Position numbers and translations under genes: made by a program. Shown piece by piece: positions 11,948-24,540 of a stretch of DNA of 64,000 nucleotides (position 1 is its first letter; each line of letters opens with the position of its first letter). Below the pieces are notes generated by a model. It was not told the origin of the DNA. It saw nothing but the letters and a program-made list of their open reading frames with translations, and ran no database searches. Source of the stretch: Podarcis erhardii (Eukaryota); the NCBI GenBank assembly GCA_964252035.1, contig OZ176200.1; one strand, 5' to 3'.

Positions 11948-12998
11948 TTAAACCAGACCAGTGTTTTTAGGTGGTTTTAGACCTGAGGGTACATTTAGAG
12001 TTCTGTAAAAACAGTGAACAAAGTAGGCATTTCTTCATAAATACACATAATATTGATAGGGAGGTGGCATCTGCATTGTCCTTGCTTACTGATTAACTTT
12101 AATAATTAACCATTGGACAGCATTGGTTTGGATTGCATCTTTTGCTGGAGAAATTACATTTGCTTGTCCTGACAAGCCAAATTAGACTGCTGTTGTTGAT
12201 TAACAAGACTAGGAAGGCAAAAGAATAGCTGATGGGAGTGAAAAGAACTGACTAAATGAACACATTCTGTAGATCTTTAAAAAGCACTCACAGCTCATTC
12301 TGGAATGATTTACAGACTCTGGATTTGAAATCCAATTTATAAATATGGTCTCACTGTGCTCAACTTTCCTGACACATAGCTGTATAAGCCTAATTTTCTT
12401 GTGAGCATTTGGAATTGTGGTAGGATGCAGAGATTCTCTTAATCTTTCTCCACCACAATATCTGCAACAGCAAAGGAGTTGTGAAGACCTCATCCCATCA
12501 TTGTGACTTACTTACCAAGCAAATTAAGATGGCTACAATTTAATTAATTTTGTTTTTTAAATGTTCCATGACAAAGGTTATAATCAAATCATAAATTTTG
12601 TCTCATTGTGTTTATTCTCACTGCATCTTCTTAAATCAAAATCTTTGGTGCTTTATAATGCTTTTCGTTTATGTGTAAATAGTTTTGTTTCTGTTAGTTC
12701 TCAAGCATAACAACTAAAGACACAGAATAGGCAAGGCTGTCCTGTGTGCCCCAGTTCAGCTGGAAGAAGTCAAGCAAGGGGGCTGGCCTATTTGATCACC
12801 CCTGCTCGATTTCTTACAGTACCCCTTTTTTCAATGAGGACAACAAGATTGCAGAGGTCTTTCTCCGATGTGTTTGCCTTAACCTAAATTATGATGCTTT
12901 TAAAGAATTGGCTGTTTTTTATGATGAAGTAGGACATGCTTGCATCGATATTCAAGACTAATCTTTCTTCTCTCTCTTCCCCCCCCCCCCCAATCCAG

Positions 12999-13114
12999 AG
13001 TTCTCTTGGTTTAACTGGTGCCTCCCAGGCTCCTGTCTGCTAAGTCTTTTGCTCATCCTGTGCTTCAGGGAATCCTACGATAGACTTTATCTCGACGTCA
13101 TTGTCTCCGTTTGA
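12999..13114 (+). CDS. SLC49A4: SLC49A4 last coding exon (not in the ORF track)
   Basis: Long pyrimidine tract with a C run, then aatccag|. In frame with the previous exon (G|AG = E). Encodes [37 protein letters not shown], stop TGA at 13112-13114. Confidence 0.96.
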
Positions 13115-15398
13115 TAGCACAAAACAGAAGGGAGCTCCAGAAAAGGATGGAAGTTAGAACCCTGCTCTGCCTCTTTCCTTTGGAAATTGAAAAGACCAAA
13201 GGTCAAAGCTAAAAAAAAAACCTAAACAGTTTTAACATTGACCTTTTAACTGAACTTACAAAGTGGTTTTTAAAGTACACTTCCTAATTTCAGATTTTAT
13301 TATCTTGATAACGATGGTGAGTGTTGTACTTGAATGGGAATTTGAATATTTTTTTAAAAGCACACACTCAGAAGAATGTGCGTTAGGGAGAAGCTATAGT
13401 TTATTAACTGTGAGATTTTTATTTAATAAGCTATTTAACTGGGTATACAGATTTTGTGCCAACTCAAGCCATTTACAAGATAGATACAAAATGAATATCT
13501 TACTTAGGGTTTAAGGGAGGAACATATTCACCATCACAAAAAAGTCTATTTTTGCAGCCTAAAGAGTCTAGTAAGAATTCTGATGTTCCAATATTTTTCC
13601 TGCTTTTTAAACAATATACTATCCCCCATGGTGTAGTATATGAAAAGACAAGTGTCACTTTGATGGCCAAATATTTGCAACGTAGTTAATCAGGGCTGAA
13701 CAACTTGTTCCCTCACTATGAGTCCTCTAAGCTGTATCAAAATGAGAATAGTAGGTAGATATGAATTTATCCTTCTAGGATTTTAACTATGGCCAAATAT
13801 TTAAACTCCATATAAATGTCTTGACATGCCCCTTGTACACTACATTTATTTTCTAATGAAGCAATTTCTAATGTTTTCTAACCACTCCCCTTCTTGACAC
13901 ATTGAAGGGTCTTATATCAGTTGGTGCTATATATTCAGTTATGTCTAAAACAATTAATTGCCTTAGTGTAGGAATGACATCGGTTGTGAAGGTATCATGG
14001 GTCAGCACTACATTTACTGGGATATTTTTAATTCATTTCTCTATCCAAATACTGCAAGCTGTCCTCCCAATGTTTTATCAAGCTGACTGAACAAAATTTA
14101 TAGCTTTTTTGGGACAAGTCACGTGTGCTTTCAAGCTAGTTTACAATTTAAAGAGTGCCTATCATGTGTGATTTTGTTTTTAAACAGATATTCAGTGGTG
14201 GTACTTTCGGGTAACAAAATTAAATGGCAAATCAAATCGATCCAGACTTTATCTTCTATAGAAAGCTTTCGATCCAGTGGGCAGATCCCACTGGTGGGGG
14301 CAGCATTTACCAATTTCTCTTCTCCCTCCCACAGTGTTTCAGCCCAACTCTCTGGAAGATTGAGGGAGGTGGGTGAGGCTGAGGGTGCAGGAGAGCAGGG
14401 AATCTCCCTTGTCCACCAGCAGGAGCAAAGTCTGATTCCAACTCAGAGTCTCCAGCCTTGGAACTTTGCATAACGTGGTAGTTGCAGTACTGTGCATCCT
14501 GTATTACAAGACCTATTATTTAGTTGGCTTTGTTTTCAAAAGCCAATCTAGCTTCTCCAGTTGGTTTTACAAAGCCCTCACGTGCTCATGCTTTGCAAGA
14601 AATCTTATGCAAAATACATGTTGCTACCATCCATTTGAGAGAGGGAATTGTCAACCTGTGTTTACTAAATTGTGGCCAGTATGCTTCTCTACGAACACAA
14701 ATATTTTGAAACACTTTCATGAGCATTCTTATAGCTCTGTTAATACTGAGTTTTAATCCTGAGCTTGTTCTCTTCCGTTGGTCAGTCGGTCTGTGTGCAT
14801 GCGTGTAAAATATGTTTGCACATACAAATCTTACGAGTGTATTTTTTAGTAGTAAATTTCCACAGTGTCGAAATTCTAATGATATATTTAGTGCCATTGT
14901 CCATTCGAAAAGCAATCTCTTCAAGTAATGACATAGTTTACATAACACAGTTGAGTGACTTTTTTTTTTTAAGAGGAGGTAACAAAGCCAACTTGCTCAG
15001 GGGCATTTGTGGATTCCACAATCTAATATTATGCTTCAGTAAGAACTTTGAATTTGGATATGTTTCACTCCTTCAAAGAAGTTCCATTCTGCCACTCTTG
15101 ATTCATTTGGCCACTGTAATTCAGAAATTAAGCAATATTTCTCAGACACATGGCTTTATTCTGTTTGTCCAGTCATTTTATTCTGTGGATAACTGAAATA
15201 TTTCTTCAGTTTGCATTTAGGATCTTAAATGGAATTATTGGTGTCATTTTATAGCGTCAACTTTTTTTTGTTGTATTCCATATTGGTTAATAGGATGAGA
15301 CAGCTTGATGAACTGATCCCTGACAGCTCGTGAAAGACGAAAAACCTTTCTCTTAGAAGTACCTTTCAGCCAAAATATAGCCATTTTAATCTGCAATA

Positions 15399-15635
15399 CA
15401 GTGGATGCTCGGGTTGTGAACATGATCCGTGCGGGATGCACGTTCGCAACCTGCAGCAGCGCGCCTGCGCACGCGCAGGTTGCGATTTGGTGCTTCTGCG
15501 CATGCGCAAAGTGCGATTTAGCGCATGTGCAACCTCCGAAACCCGGAAGTAACCCGTTCCGGTACTTCCAGGCTTCGGAGCGTCCATAACCTGAAAAACC
15601 GCAAACTGAAGTGTCTGTAACCCGAGGTATGACTG
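15399..15635. mobile_element. Tigger-type MITE, CpG-rich
   Basis: TA-flanked TIRs cagtggatgctcgggtt / aacccgaggtatgactg, related to the 172-397 element. Confidence 0.78.
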
Positions 15636-17531
15636 TATAGAAAGATTCTGATTTCCCCTCACTTTACAGGCAGGCTTTTCTGTATTTTTTTCCAAGCAGG
15701 CTTCCTCACAGCTCTTGCCACATGATTTTTCTCTTTGGGTACAACACCTACAAGGAGGAACAAGGCCATCCACTTAACACCCTTTCATTGCCCAGTAGAG
15801 AACAATCTAGCTTTCATCTAATAGCAATATCAATTAACACATCCTGGTCCCAGTTACATCAAGGTTGAACCTTCTTTTTGCTAATAAAGTGTTATCCTAC
15901 TGGGACTGCAGCTGTATAGATTTGAAGTACTTTCACAAGAAGCAGATGATGTTTTTTCACATACACATACCCCTCCTGGCTGCCATGTTATTTGTGTGGC
16001 ATTAGCTAAAATGAGTCCATAGAATCAGGTTAGGTGTTCCCCTTGATTACGCTTTCTTTGTCATCTTCAAGGCATTTCTCACTGTTGGGATTTTAGGGAA
16101 AGAAACTCTCTGTGTACTCTTAATCTGCTCCCAAGAGGAGTCAAGGCACTTTTTTGTTCCTGATTTTTGTCTTACTTCTCTTGAGCACTTAAAAATGAAC
16201 TAGAAGATTGGTGCAAGTAGATGTCCTCCTAGTCAGAGGGCAGCTTGGTGGCAACATCGTGACAGTATCCTTTTTTCTTCTTCTTATATTTGTGTTGTTA
16301 AAAAGAAATCTCCAACTTCTTGGCTGAGAACTAGAAAATGTGAGTAGGATCTGCTGCTTCATTTCCTGGAGTTGTACTTGGGCCAGTCACTTTTTGAACT
16401 TGGTGTCCTCATCTGATGTGTGTGAGATAATACAGGTATAACTTTATTGTCACTGTCTAGGATAAGACAGATCTGTTGTCCCATCTTTTATGTAGTACAG
16501 ATCTCCTGTTCAGACAAGGTGGCCGCCTACTCTCACATCTCATATGTAAGGCATACTGGCATAACCTGAAGAGGTGTTATATCCTTGTGTGTGCTGTTGA
16601 ATGTGTGGGAAACATTTTGATTTTATAAAGATTGAACACACAATGCAAAATGAGCCACCTCCAGGCGTGTGCTTTACTAAAAAGGGAAGTAGATATATAG
16701 CCATTAGGTAGAATTAATGAATATGAAGGCTATACATTATACAGTGGCTCAAGACAGCCTATAAAGGTTCTGATAGCAGAAATTTTGATTTGGTCATTAA
16801 CCTGCTTTATAATAGTGGTAACTTCTCAAGTTGCTAGGGCAGCAAAAGTGGTTTGGAAAACACTTTTTGGATGTGATGTGGTTGCTTATACTTTTTACTC
16901 ATCAATTATTTCCCAACATTAAAGTGAAAGTGACACGATTGGCTAGATAGGTACATACAGCAATTGTATAGGAATGGTTAGGGTTATATATAGACACTCA
17001 AGAAGACACCGAAGAGAAGTTCTTCCATGCAAGTTCTGTTGAAGTGAATAGGAGCAGCACAATCTTGTGTTGACCCCCTTCATTCAATGTAACTTGTACA
17101 GGAAAAATTCCCAGTGGATTATATCTTATCTAACCTTGTGCTCCAGGCAGCCTGCACAATATGTTCCCTAATAAATTAGTGAAGTTTTATTATCTGTTAG
17201 ACATTAGCTTGGTCTCATTCAAATGAGTAGATCTGCCCTTGTTTTTAATGAGTCAGGAATATGAACTCTTCTCAGAGCAGTCTTACATCGATTCTCTCTA
17301 AATGTCTAAATATTGAAATGATAATTTAAATATCTAAATCTAAATTTAGATCAGTATTTTATCAGTTAACAGTGAAAGGCACTGATTGCCATTCTAATTA
17401 CATCCCATAGTTTGATGCTAGAGCCACACTTACTTGGGAATTTGGTATCATTCAAACAAATTTAGGTGCCAGAGTGTTAAAAATAGGTTCCTGAGAGAAT
17501 GCACCAAATCTTTTTATCATTGTTCATTTCC

Positions 17532-18336
17532 TTTTTTTTTTATTATTATTAATTTTTTAGAAAAGTTTTTCTTTTACAAATTTAAATAACACATACTTTC
17601 CAATATAATACATAAATTCTTTTAGACTTCCCCCAGCTCCCTCCACAATCCTCATGATTTTAAAATTTAATTCACATTTCCTTTATAATTGTATTGCTAG
17701 TTAGTAAATCTTTACAGCTCTTTCCCCTCTTACAACACCCTTTCTCCTCACAAAGCCTCTTTAAAACCGACTAGCGTTGTCTGTTCATCACATATATTTT
17801 CCAGATAAATCGTAAACTTTCTCCAGTCCTGTATGAACTTGTGATCCTTTTGGTATCTGATTTTTCCTGTCAGTTTGTCTAATTCAACAAAGTCCATCAA
17901 TTTCCGTCTCCATTCTTCCAATGTTGGTAAATCTTCTTGTTTCCATTTTTGAGCCATTAAAATTCTTGCCGCAGTCACTGCATATTGAAAAAGTTTATAA
18001 TCACTTCTATTAATCTCGCTTCCTGTAATTCCTAACAAAAAGGCTTCTGGTTTCTTCACAAACGTATATTTAAACATCTTTTTCAACTCATTATATATCA
18101 TTTCCCAGAAGCCTTTTACTTTCTTACACTCCCACCACATATGATAAAATGACCCTTCCTTCTCCTTACATTTCCAACATTTATTACATGTCTTATACAT
18201 TTTTGCAAGTTTAACGGGAGTGATATACCATCTATATACCATTTTCATGATATTTTCCTTTATCGTCATACATGCAGTGAATTTCATATTTTCCTTCCAT
18301 ACCTTCTCCCAATCTGTCAGCTGTATATTATAACCA
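17532..18336 (-). mobile_element. 5'-truncated young L1 LINE (ORF2 C-terminus, 3' UTR, polyA)
   Basis: Open frame to the stop at 17748 with CCHC knuckle CWKC...HMWWEC. PolyA appears as the T run at 17532. Perfect 17-bp TSD tatcattgttcatttcc at 17515-17531 and 18337-18353. Confidence 0.95.
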
Positions 18337-21300
18337 TATCATTGTTCATTTCCAGCTTGGGGGAAAAGAATGCCCACCTCTGTCTGTGCTCGGTGACTTG
18401 CCTCCTGCCTAGAAGTTCAAACAAGATAAGCATGTGGAATTATTTCCGCATGTGAAATGGAAAATACTGGTCAATGTGGCTGCGTTGTGCATGCAGAAAC
18501 AAATGAATAAGGTCTGTGACATTTAATCACGTAATCAGTTAATCAAAATATTTTGATCAAATGAACACACACACACGGTAATTATAAGTACTGTTGATGA
18601 CCAATTCCATCATAGAAGTATTTCCAGCCCTTGTGTGAGAGAATGGGGAGTCCCTTTTCTAAGATGATGTGTGCTACCGCACACGTTTTTATGTAGAACT
18701 ACTGGGTTCTGTCCCATGTTGCATGAGCTCTTTCTCTTTGCCCTCTCTACAGGCCACTGTGCCTGTCAAAATCCTCTCCAAAGGGCTGGGAGAACCTGCC
18801 CAACATTGAGAGTTGTCCTCTGGGGCTGCCAGGGGTTGCAGGGTGCTGGCAGGGGGAGCAAGGTGTTGAGTGAGATTGCCTTCTGCTTATGCCATGTTGG
18901 GTGCAACCCTTAGTTTCTCATATGCAATAATTGTGCAGATTTGACTCATTCTTTAATTATTTGACTAAACCTGAGTTCATTATTGATATTTTAATTGGTG
19001 GCAGCCCTATTCTAAGATAAAAATTCCACTCCACCCCCAGATCCAAGATTTTTGCATTAAGAAGCAGCCATACATTATTTCAAATACACTAACATACTTT
19101 ATTCTAACTGAATTGTGTATTTTTAAAAGAAAATATAGATAAAAACCAATTTTTGTGTGTTATATTTGAATGAATGAATGAAATAAGTAAATAAATAAAT
19201 AGAACAAAATGTAGATAATTGCAGTAGGCTATGGTAAAGGGCATGTTAGGAAAGCGTCATGATCTGGGTTTGTATAAGGAAATCAATGAATCTTTGTTAC
19301 GGCATGGAAAACGCAATTGTATAGTAGAAGTCTGCACTGCCAGCCCTGGAAATGGGCCAAGATCCTCTTTAACCCAGGCAAGAAGACCACTGACTGAAAT
19401 GAGAAGTACTCTGTACCAAACAATGAATTCAGAAACTTACATAAATTAATAGGCTTTGATGTTGTACGATATATTCCTATCTGTGCTAGTGACTGAGAGG
19501 TTCAAGGAGCTGACAATAGACTGCCCTCTAACTCTGGCTTTTGAAATTTCACCCTCCATTGCCAACACTTTTTGAAGCATATCTTCACAACCAGAAAGGC
19601 TTGGATTTTATTCTTTTAAAGAAGAAAAGCTTAATTCTTTTTGGCAGTGCCATGTTGAGTGGCTTTTCTGTTCTATGCAATGACAGCATATGCATGGGTC
19701 CTTCCTTTGGGTTTTTGAACACGTAGCAGAGTCTTTTTTACATTTTCTGTTTTCCCCCTCCAGTGCAAAGCGACCTAGGAGCCTGAGAGTTTCAGGATCA
19801 AACCCCCTCTACAGTTTGCCTTCATTGCACTCCACATTTTTTGTACCAGTTAGGGCACTTTGCATTCTTTCTGTATTTGTATCTGCAATGTTTCAGATAT
19901 GGGAAGAATTGATGCTAGTGTCAGGATTTCCCAATGTGAGCTGGAGAGGTTTATTGCTATCTCCCATGAGCCTTCAGTTGTCCAACTTGACATCTTAAAA
20001 TCCATATTTTTGTTTCATTTGGATATACAGCTGCAGGTTCTGAAACAACACAATCCATTAAATAATGAGAAAGTGTTTGGTAAACTGGGTCACGCAGGTG
20101 TTGAGGAGTATTGGCTTGAGCTGTGGTGAAATGTCAAAGACATTTTGGTCTGATCTTGGTTGGTTGTCCTTTGCTTAAGGTTCACGACAAACCTCAATTC
20201 AGTAACTCCACATTTAGCTTAACTAATTTTTTACAGGCACTGTTTTCTCATGTCTAAGCTTTTCTTTGAACTCAACTTTTTTATATGCATGTAGTCGTTC
20301 ACCTGTCAGAATTCTGCATGTTCTGTGATATGCAGTATCCTCACCTTTATGTTTCAGAGAAAGTTTTATATGTTAAAATGCATGGATTTTTAATTGCATC
20401 TCAGGATTTGTTTTAACTAGGCCTGGTGGTGTGAACCTGTAGTAAAAACGATTCCCTTGCATTTGTGGGTATGACTTTTGTAAATCTAACCTGAGATTGT
20501 AAAAACAAATACATAGAACATAAAATGATTTCATTAGGATTTGTAAGCATTTTGCTTTTTGTAATTTTGTAGGAAAAAATGATATTTTTATTTTAGGGCA
20601 AGTTCTACTTTTGTATGTAATATGCTGACATGGGGCACAATCTGTCAGAAGCATATCCTGCATTCATCTCATGGAAATAAATTTAGAGGTGTGGTCCTGC
20701 CCTATTCCCATTCATTTATTTCACCTTTGGAACTTAAGTAGGACAGGTTTCTCATGGATTGTGTCTGTGATGTCTTTTATTTTTTAATAAAACTTATTTA
20801 AAACCCACTGTCTAATACATCTAGAAACGTAAACTTCACCTATCACTTTGGAGTTCTCTTTAAACTGGAATCTTGCTGTAAGTGTTTGGTGTTAACTTGT
20901 GTAATACTTGATACACATTAAAAAGGTTAATTGTAGCTTGTGAGTCATCTTTTGTGCTTGGATGCCATATAATATCCTAGAGCGATGTTAATATTCATTG
21001 AGGTATCTGCTGCTGGCTTTGTTTTGGAGGATTCCAACATGGCTTTTTGTCATATGTCTGTTGGCAAGAGATGCAAGCTTAGGAACAGGTTTAACAAGGG
21101 ATCGTTTTCCAGGTCATTGTACAAATGGCAGCTGCCAGAAGAACTGGACATGCAATTTTTTGGTGAATTGTCCAAATTCAAAAATAAGTTGGGCTTTTCT
21201 CAAGACAGTTCCATGAGATGATCTTCCAAATCACAAGCAACAGAATCTTTGTTTCTTGTTTCAGAATTGGCCTCAAATTATCCCATCAAGGGCTGGTTTT

Positions 21301-23286
21301 TGTGACAAGCTGTGTCTTGTAAACAAAAAAAAGCTACTGTTCTGTTCTTTAATCTATAAGATGATGATTCAGGATTTGGATAAAGCTTGTAAAAACACCT
21401 GTCCGTAATTATGGTTTTAATGTGTGTGGGTTTGTTTTTTTTAAAAAAAAATTTACATGTTTTGTTATATTTATTATGTATTTTCCTCAGAGTATTTGTT
21501 TAACCTAGAAAAATGTACAACATTTATGTCTGATATGATGAGTCACAGTCATTTCTGACTTGGGACAAAAAATATCAAGGTGATGCCTCAGATTTCATCT
21601 AACACTGATTCTGTTGATGTGAACTTTTTCAAATGGGACGGCTTTAACAGTAACCTGGTAAACTCAGGTCCTAATCCTGAATTTGGCTTTTTATGGACGA
21701 AGATAATACATCTTACCTTGTATTCTCAACAGACAAGCTGAAGGCACAGGTAAGTGTCACTTGTGCTGTACTGAAGGAAAGATGCTTTGGATAACAAAAA
21801 CAAAGTTTAGAATTTCTGCTTTTTATATTTTGGTGTGTTTGTTGTGGAAAACTAGAGAAAGGAGGAAACATGTTGCTTCCTAGAGATGTTGTAGTTTTAG
21901 TCAGTTGAAGAGTAGATTAGCATTACATTGCAGACCAATTAGCAAAGGATGTGTGAATGTGCTAATTGTGCACAAATGTGCCTTAATACTAAACAATTCC
22001 ATGTAGAAATTTCCCGCATGTAAAGTGTTAAGGAATCTAGGGGATAAAGCTCAATCTAGTTCACACTAAGTTTGTTTTTACTGATGTGGTGCCTCTCAAT
22101 TACTTTCTAATCGGATGCATTAAAAAAATAAATTCCCAGAGGCACATTTGTGAATATGAAAACTCTCAAAATTATAGCTTATGATTGACTAGGAATGAGG
22201 CATTATGCATGCAGGTGTAGCTGGTTTCAGGTTATTAGAAATCCAATCTATTTTTTATGATATTATGGTGTAATTTTCAGCAGAAGACTGTGATATAAAT
22301 TTCCAGTTGCACCGGAACATAAACTACAAGTGTCCCTGACTCTTGTCACTTTCCATGGTCTTTAGTTTGATTAATAAAAGGGACGAGAGCGATAACATTT
22401 TCCCAATAAGAATCTATGATCATCCCTCAATCAAAATGGGCCCATTTTATAGTGATATGTAACAATGATAAAAAATGTTATTTCAAGACCATTGGGACTA
22501 GTCTTTTAGCCTATAAATGTTGATCATATGGCTCTGGTTCTTGAAACAAGTAAATAGCCCATTTTCTTCTTTTGCGTTAAGAGAAGTGTCCTTGGAAATT
22601 CAAGTCTATTGGCTTCCTGGTCATATATAGCAAAAGGGTCTAAAGCTGATTTATTTATTTATTTATTTATTTTAAAAAAAACACCACACAATCAGCCCTG
22701 GTTGAAGTTCTAGCATAGTAAAATTCAGGATGTTTGTCTGAAGCCAAAGGTTCAGGGGCACAAAATTACTATGTATTAATGGAATCTTAAAGGGCTTGTT
22801 AATTGTCCCCTGCCTTTAAAATGTAGGAGAGGGAAGAGCTGGTAACCCTTCCAAATGTAAAGAAATTCTGATGGTCAAACTTTAGTTTTATATTCATTTG
22901 TTTGTATTTCAGGCAAGTGGAACTAGTCACTAAGAGTGCAATGTTCTATCTACATTAGTAAAAATCAGCCCTGTTGAGCTCAGTGAGGCTGTCACAGGTA
23001 AGTGTGGGTAGGATTATGCTTTAAGGCACTTGTCATGCTGCAGTGGCAAATTATACTTTGGTTGAGTACATACATTTTTTTTTTTAATGGATGCAGCCAG
23101 TAAACATAGGCTAATAAATTAAAACACTTCCATAAATTTAGCCTAACCATTTGATCATACAGAATACACTGATACAGAATTATGTGCCAGTGGATTAATA
23201 TTAAATAAACCCAAATGAGGCAGCAAGACATAAATTATATTTGCCTCAACTGTTTCAAATTTCTTTTTAAGAGAAGAGATGTAGGT

Positions 23287-23422
23287 CAGGCATAGGCAAA
23301 CTCAGCCCTCCAGCTATTTTGGGACTACAATTCCCATCATCCCTGACCACTGGTCCTGTTAGCTAGGGATGATGGGAGTTGTAGCCCCAAAACATATGGA
23401 GGGCCAAGTTTGCCTATGCCTG
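23287..23422. mobile_element. hAT MITE, 136 bp, palindromic
   Basis: TIRs caggcataggcaaact / agtttgcctatgcctg. Perfect 8-bp TSD atgtaggt. Confidence 0.93.
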
Positions 23423-24254
23423 ATGTAGGTGCTTAGAAATAGTTTTTCAATTAGAGGAAGTTGAAAGATATATTAACAGTAGCAAGGGGGGGAAAGAAAT
23501 TTTAAGGTTTATGACTGGGGAAGCGATGACTAATCTAAAACAAGAGTTGAATACTTTAATCATGTGAACAAGCCTTGTCCTGCCTCATTGGAGCAAACAG
23601 ATCTTTGCCTGCACATGCAAAGCTGAGGAACAGTTCACATGAGAATGGGGCTGGTTCTGAAGCTGGCAGAGCTGGGTGAACTCATTGGAGCTACTATGCT
23701 TAAGAAATAACGAGCTGGTGGGGATTTTCATTCAAAATGTCTTTAACACCTCATGGATAGAGAGATCTGTGTGTCCCTGAATAGATGTTTAGAAAGCAGA
23801 TTCCAAGTTTATTGGTTCCAGTGTTTTATATGGGCTTGGACTTTTGTCTGGCTTGGACTGGGAAAATCTACTCAGTTATAAAGCTTGCTGGGTTCTTTAG
23901 TGACTCACTTACTCTCAGGGATAAGCTATCATGGTGGAAGATAGGACCAGCAATGAAGGGAGTTGTTACTTCCATATCCCTCTCCCCTATCCACATGGTT
24001 TGCCTTGCTTCTCCTTTTTCAGTGCTATGGTTTAGCAAGCAGGCAACATTCCTGCGGCTTGGGTTCCAACTACTAGTCTGTCCAGGTAGGAGCTACTGTT
24101 CCCATAAATATTTTTCTGCACCACCACCTGAAGGGATCATCCTGTTTGGCAAGAACAAAGGCTGAAGTCATAAAACAGCTGCAAGGAAACATTATTTGTC
24201 CCTGTAAGTACATTCTGTTTGTATTTTAAAGGTTATACTATAAAATAAGTGTAC

Positions 24255-24540
24255 AGACCTGTCTTCTCACTAAGGTCACCTACTGAGGCCCTCCTGGTTG
24301 TTCCACATTCTGCAGAAGCTCAACTTCTCAACCAGAGAGGGTTTTTTTTTTTGTGGTGCCCACTCTTTGGAATATTCACCCCCCCCCACACTGTTGTGCT
24401 GGCTACTGATACCAGTCATTTGTCAAACTTTTTAAGTTGAATTTTGTACTGACTGTTAATGGTGTTGGGATTATTTTTATTTTTATTTATTTTAATTGAT
24501 TTATTGTAAACTGTCTTGATATATGTTTGTAATAGTCTCT
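24255..24540 (+). mobile_element. Degraded L2 3' fragment
   Basis: Translates LRSPTEALLVVP (compare LRSSSEGLLAVP in the 6757 copy), followed by an L2-like T-rich 3' UTR. Confidence 0.6.

Noticed and set aside
20985-21221. Two overlapping ORFs, one hydrophobic and Cys-containing (20998-21216)
   Set aside because: The signal-like frame starts at TTG with no in-frame ATG, no family is recognised, and no supporting splice or promoter context was found.
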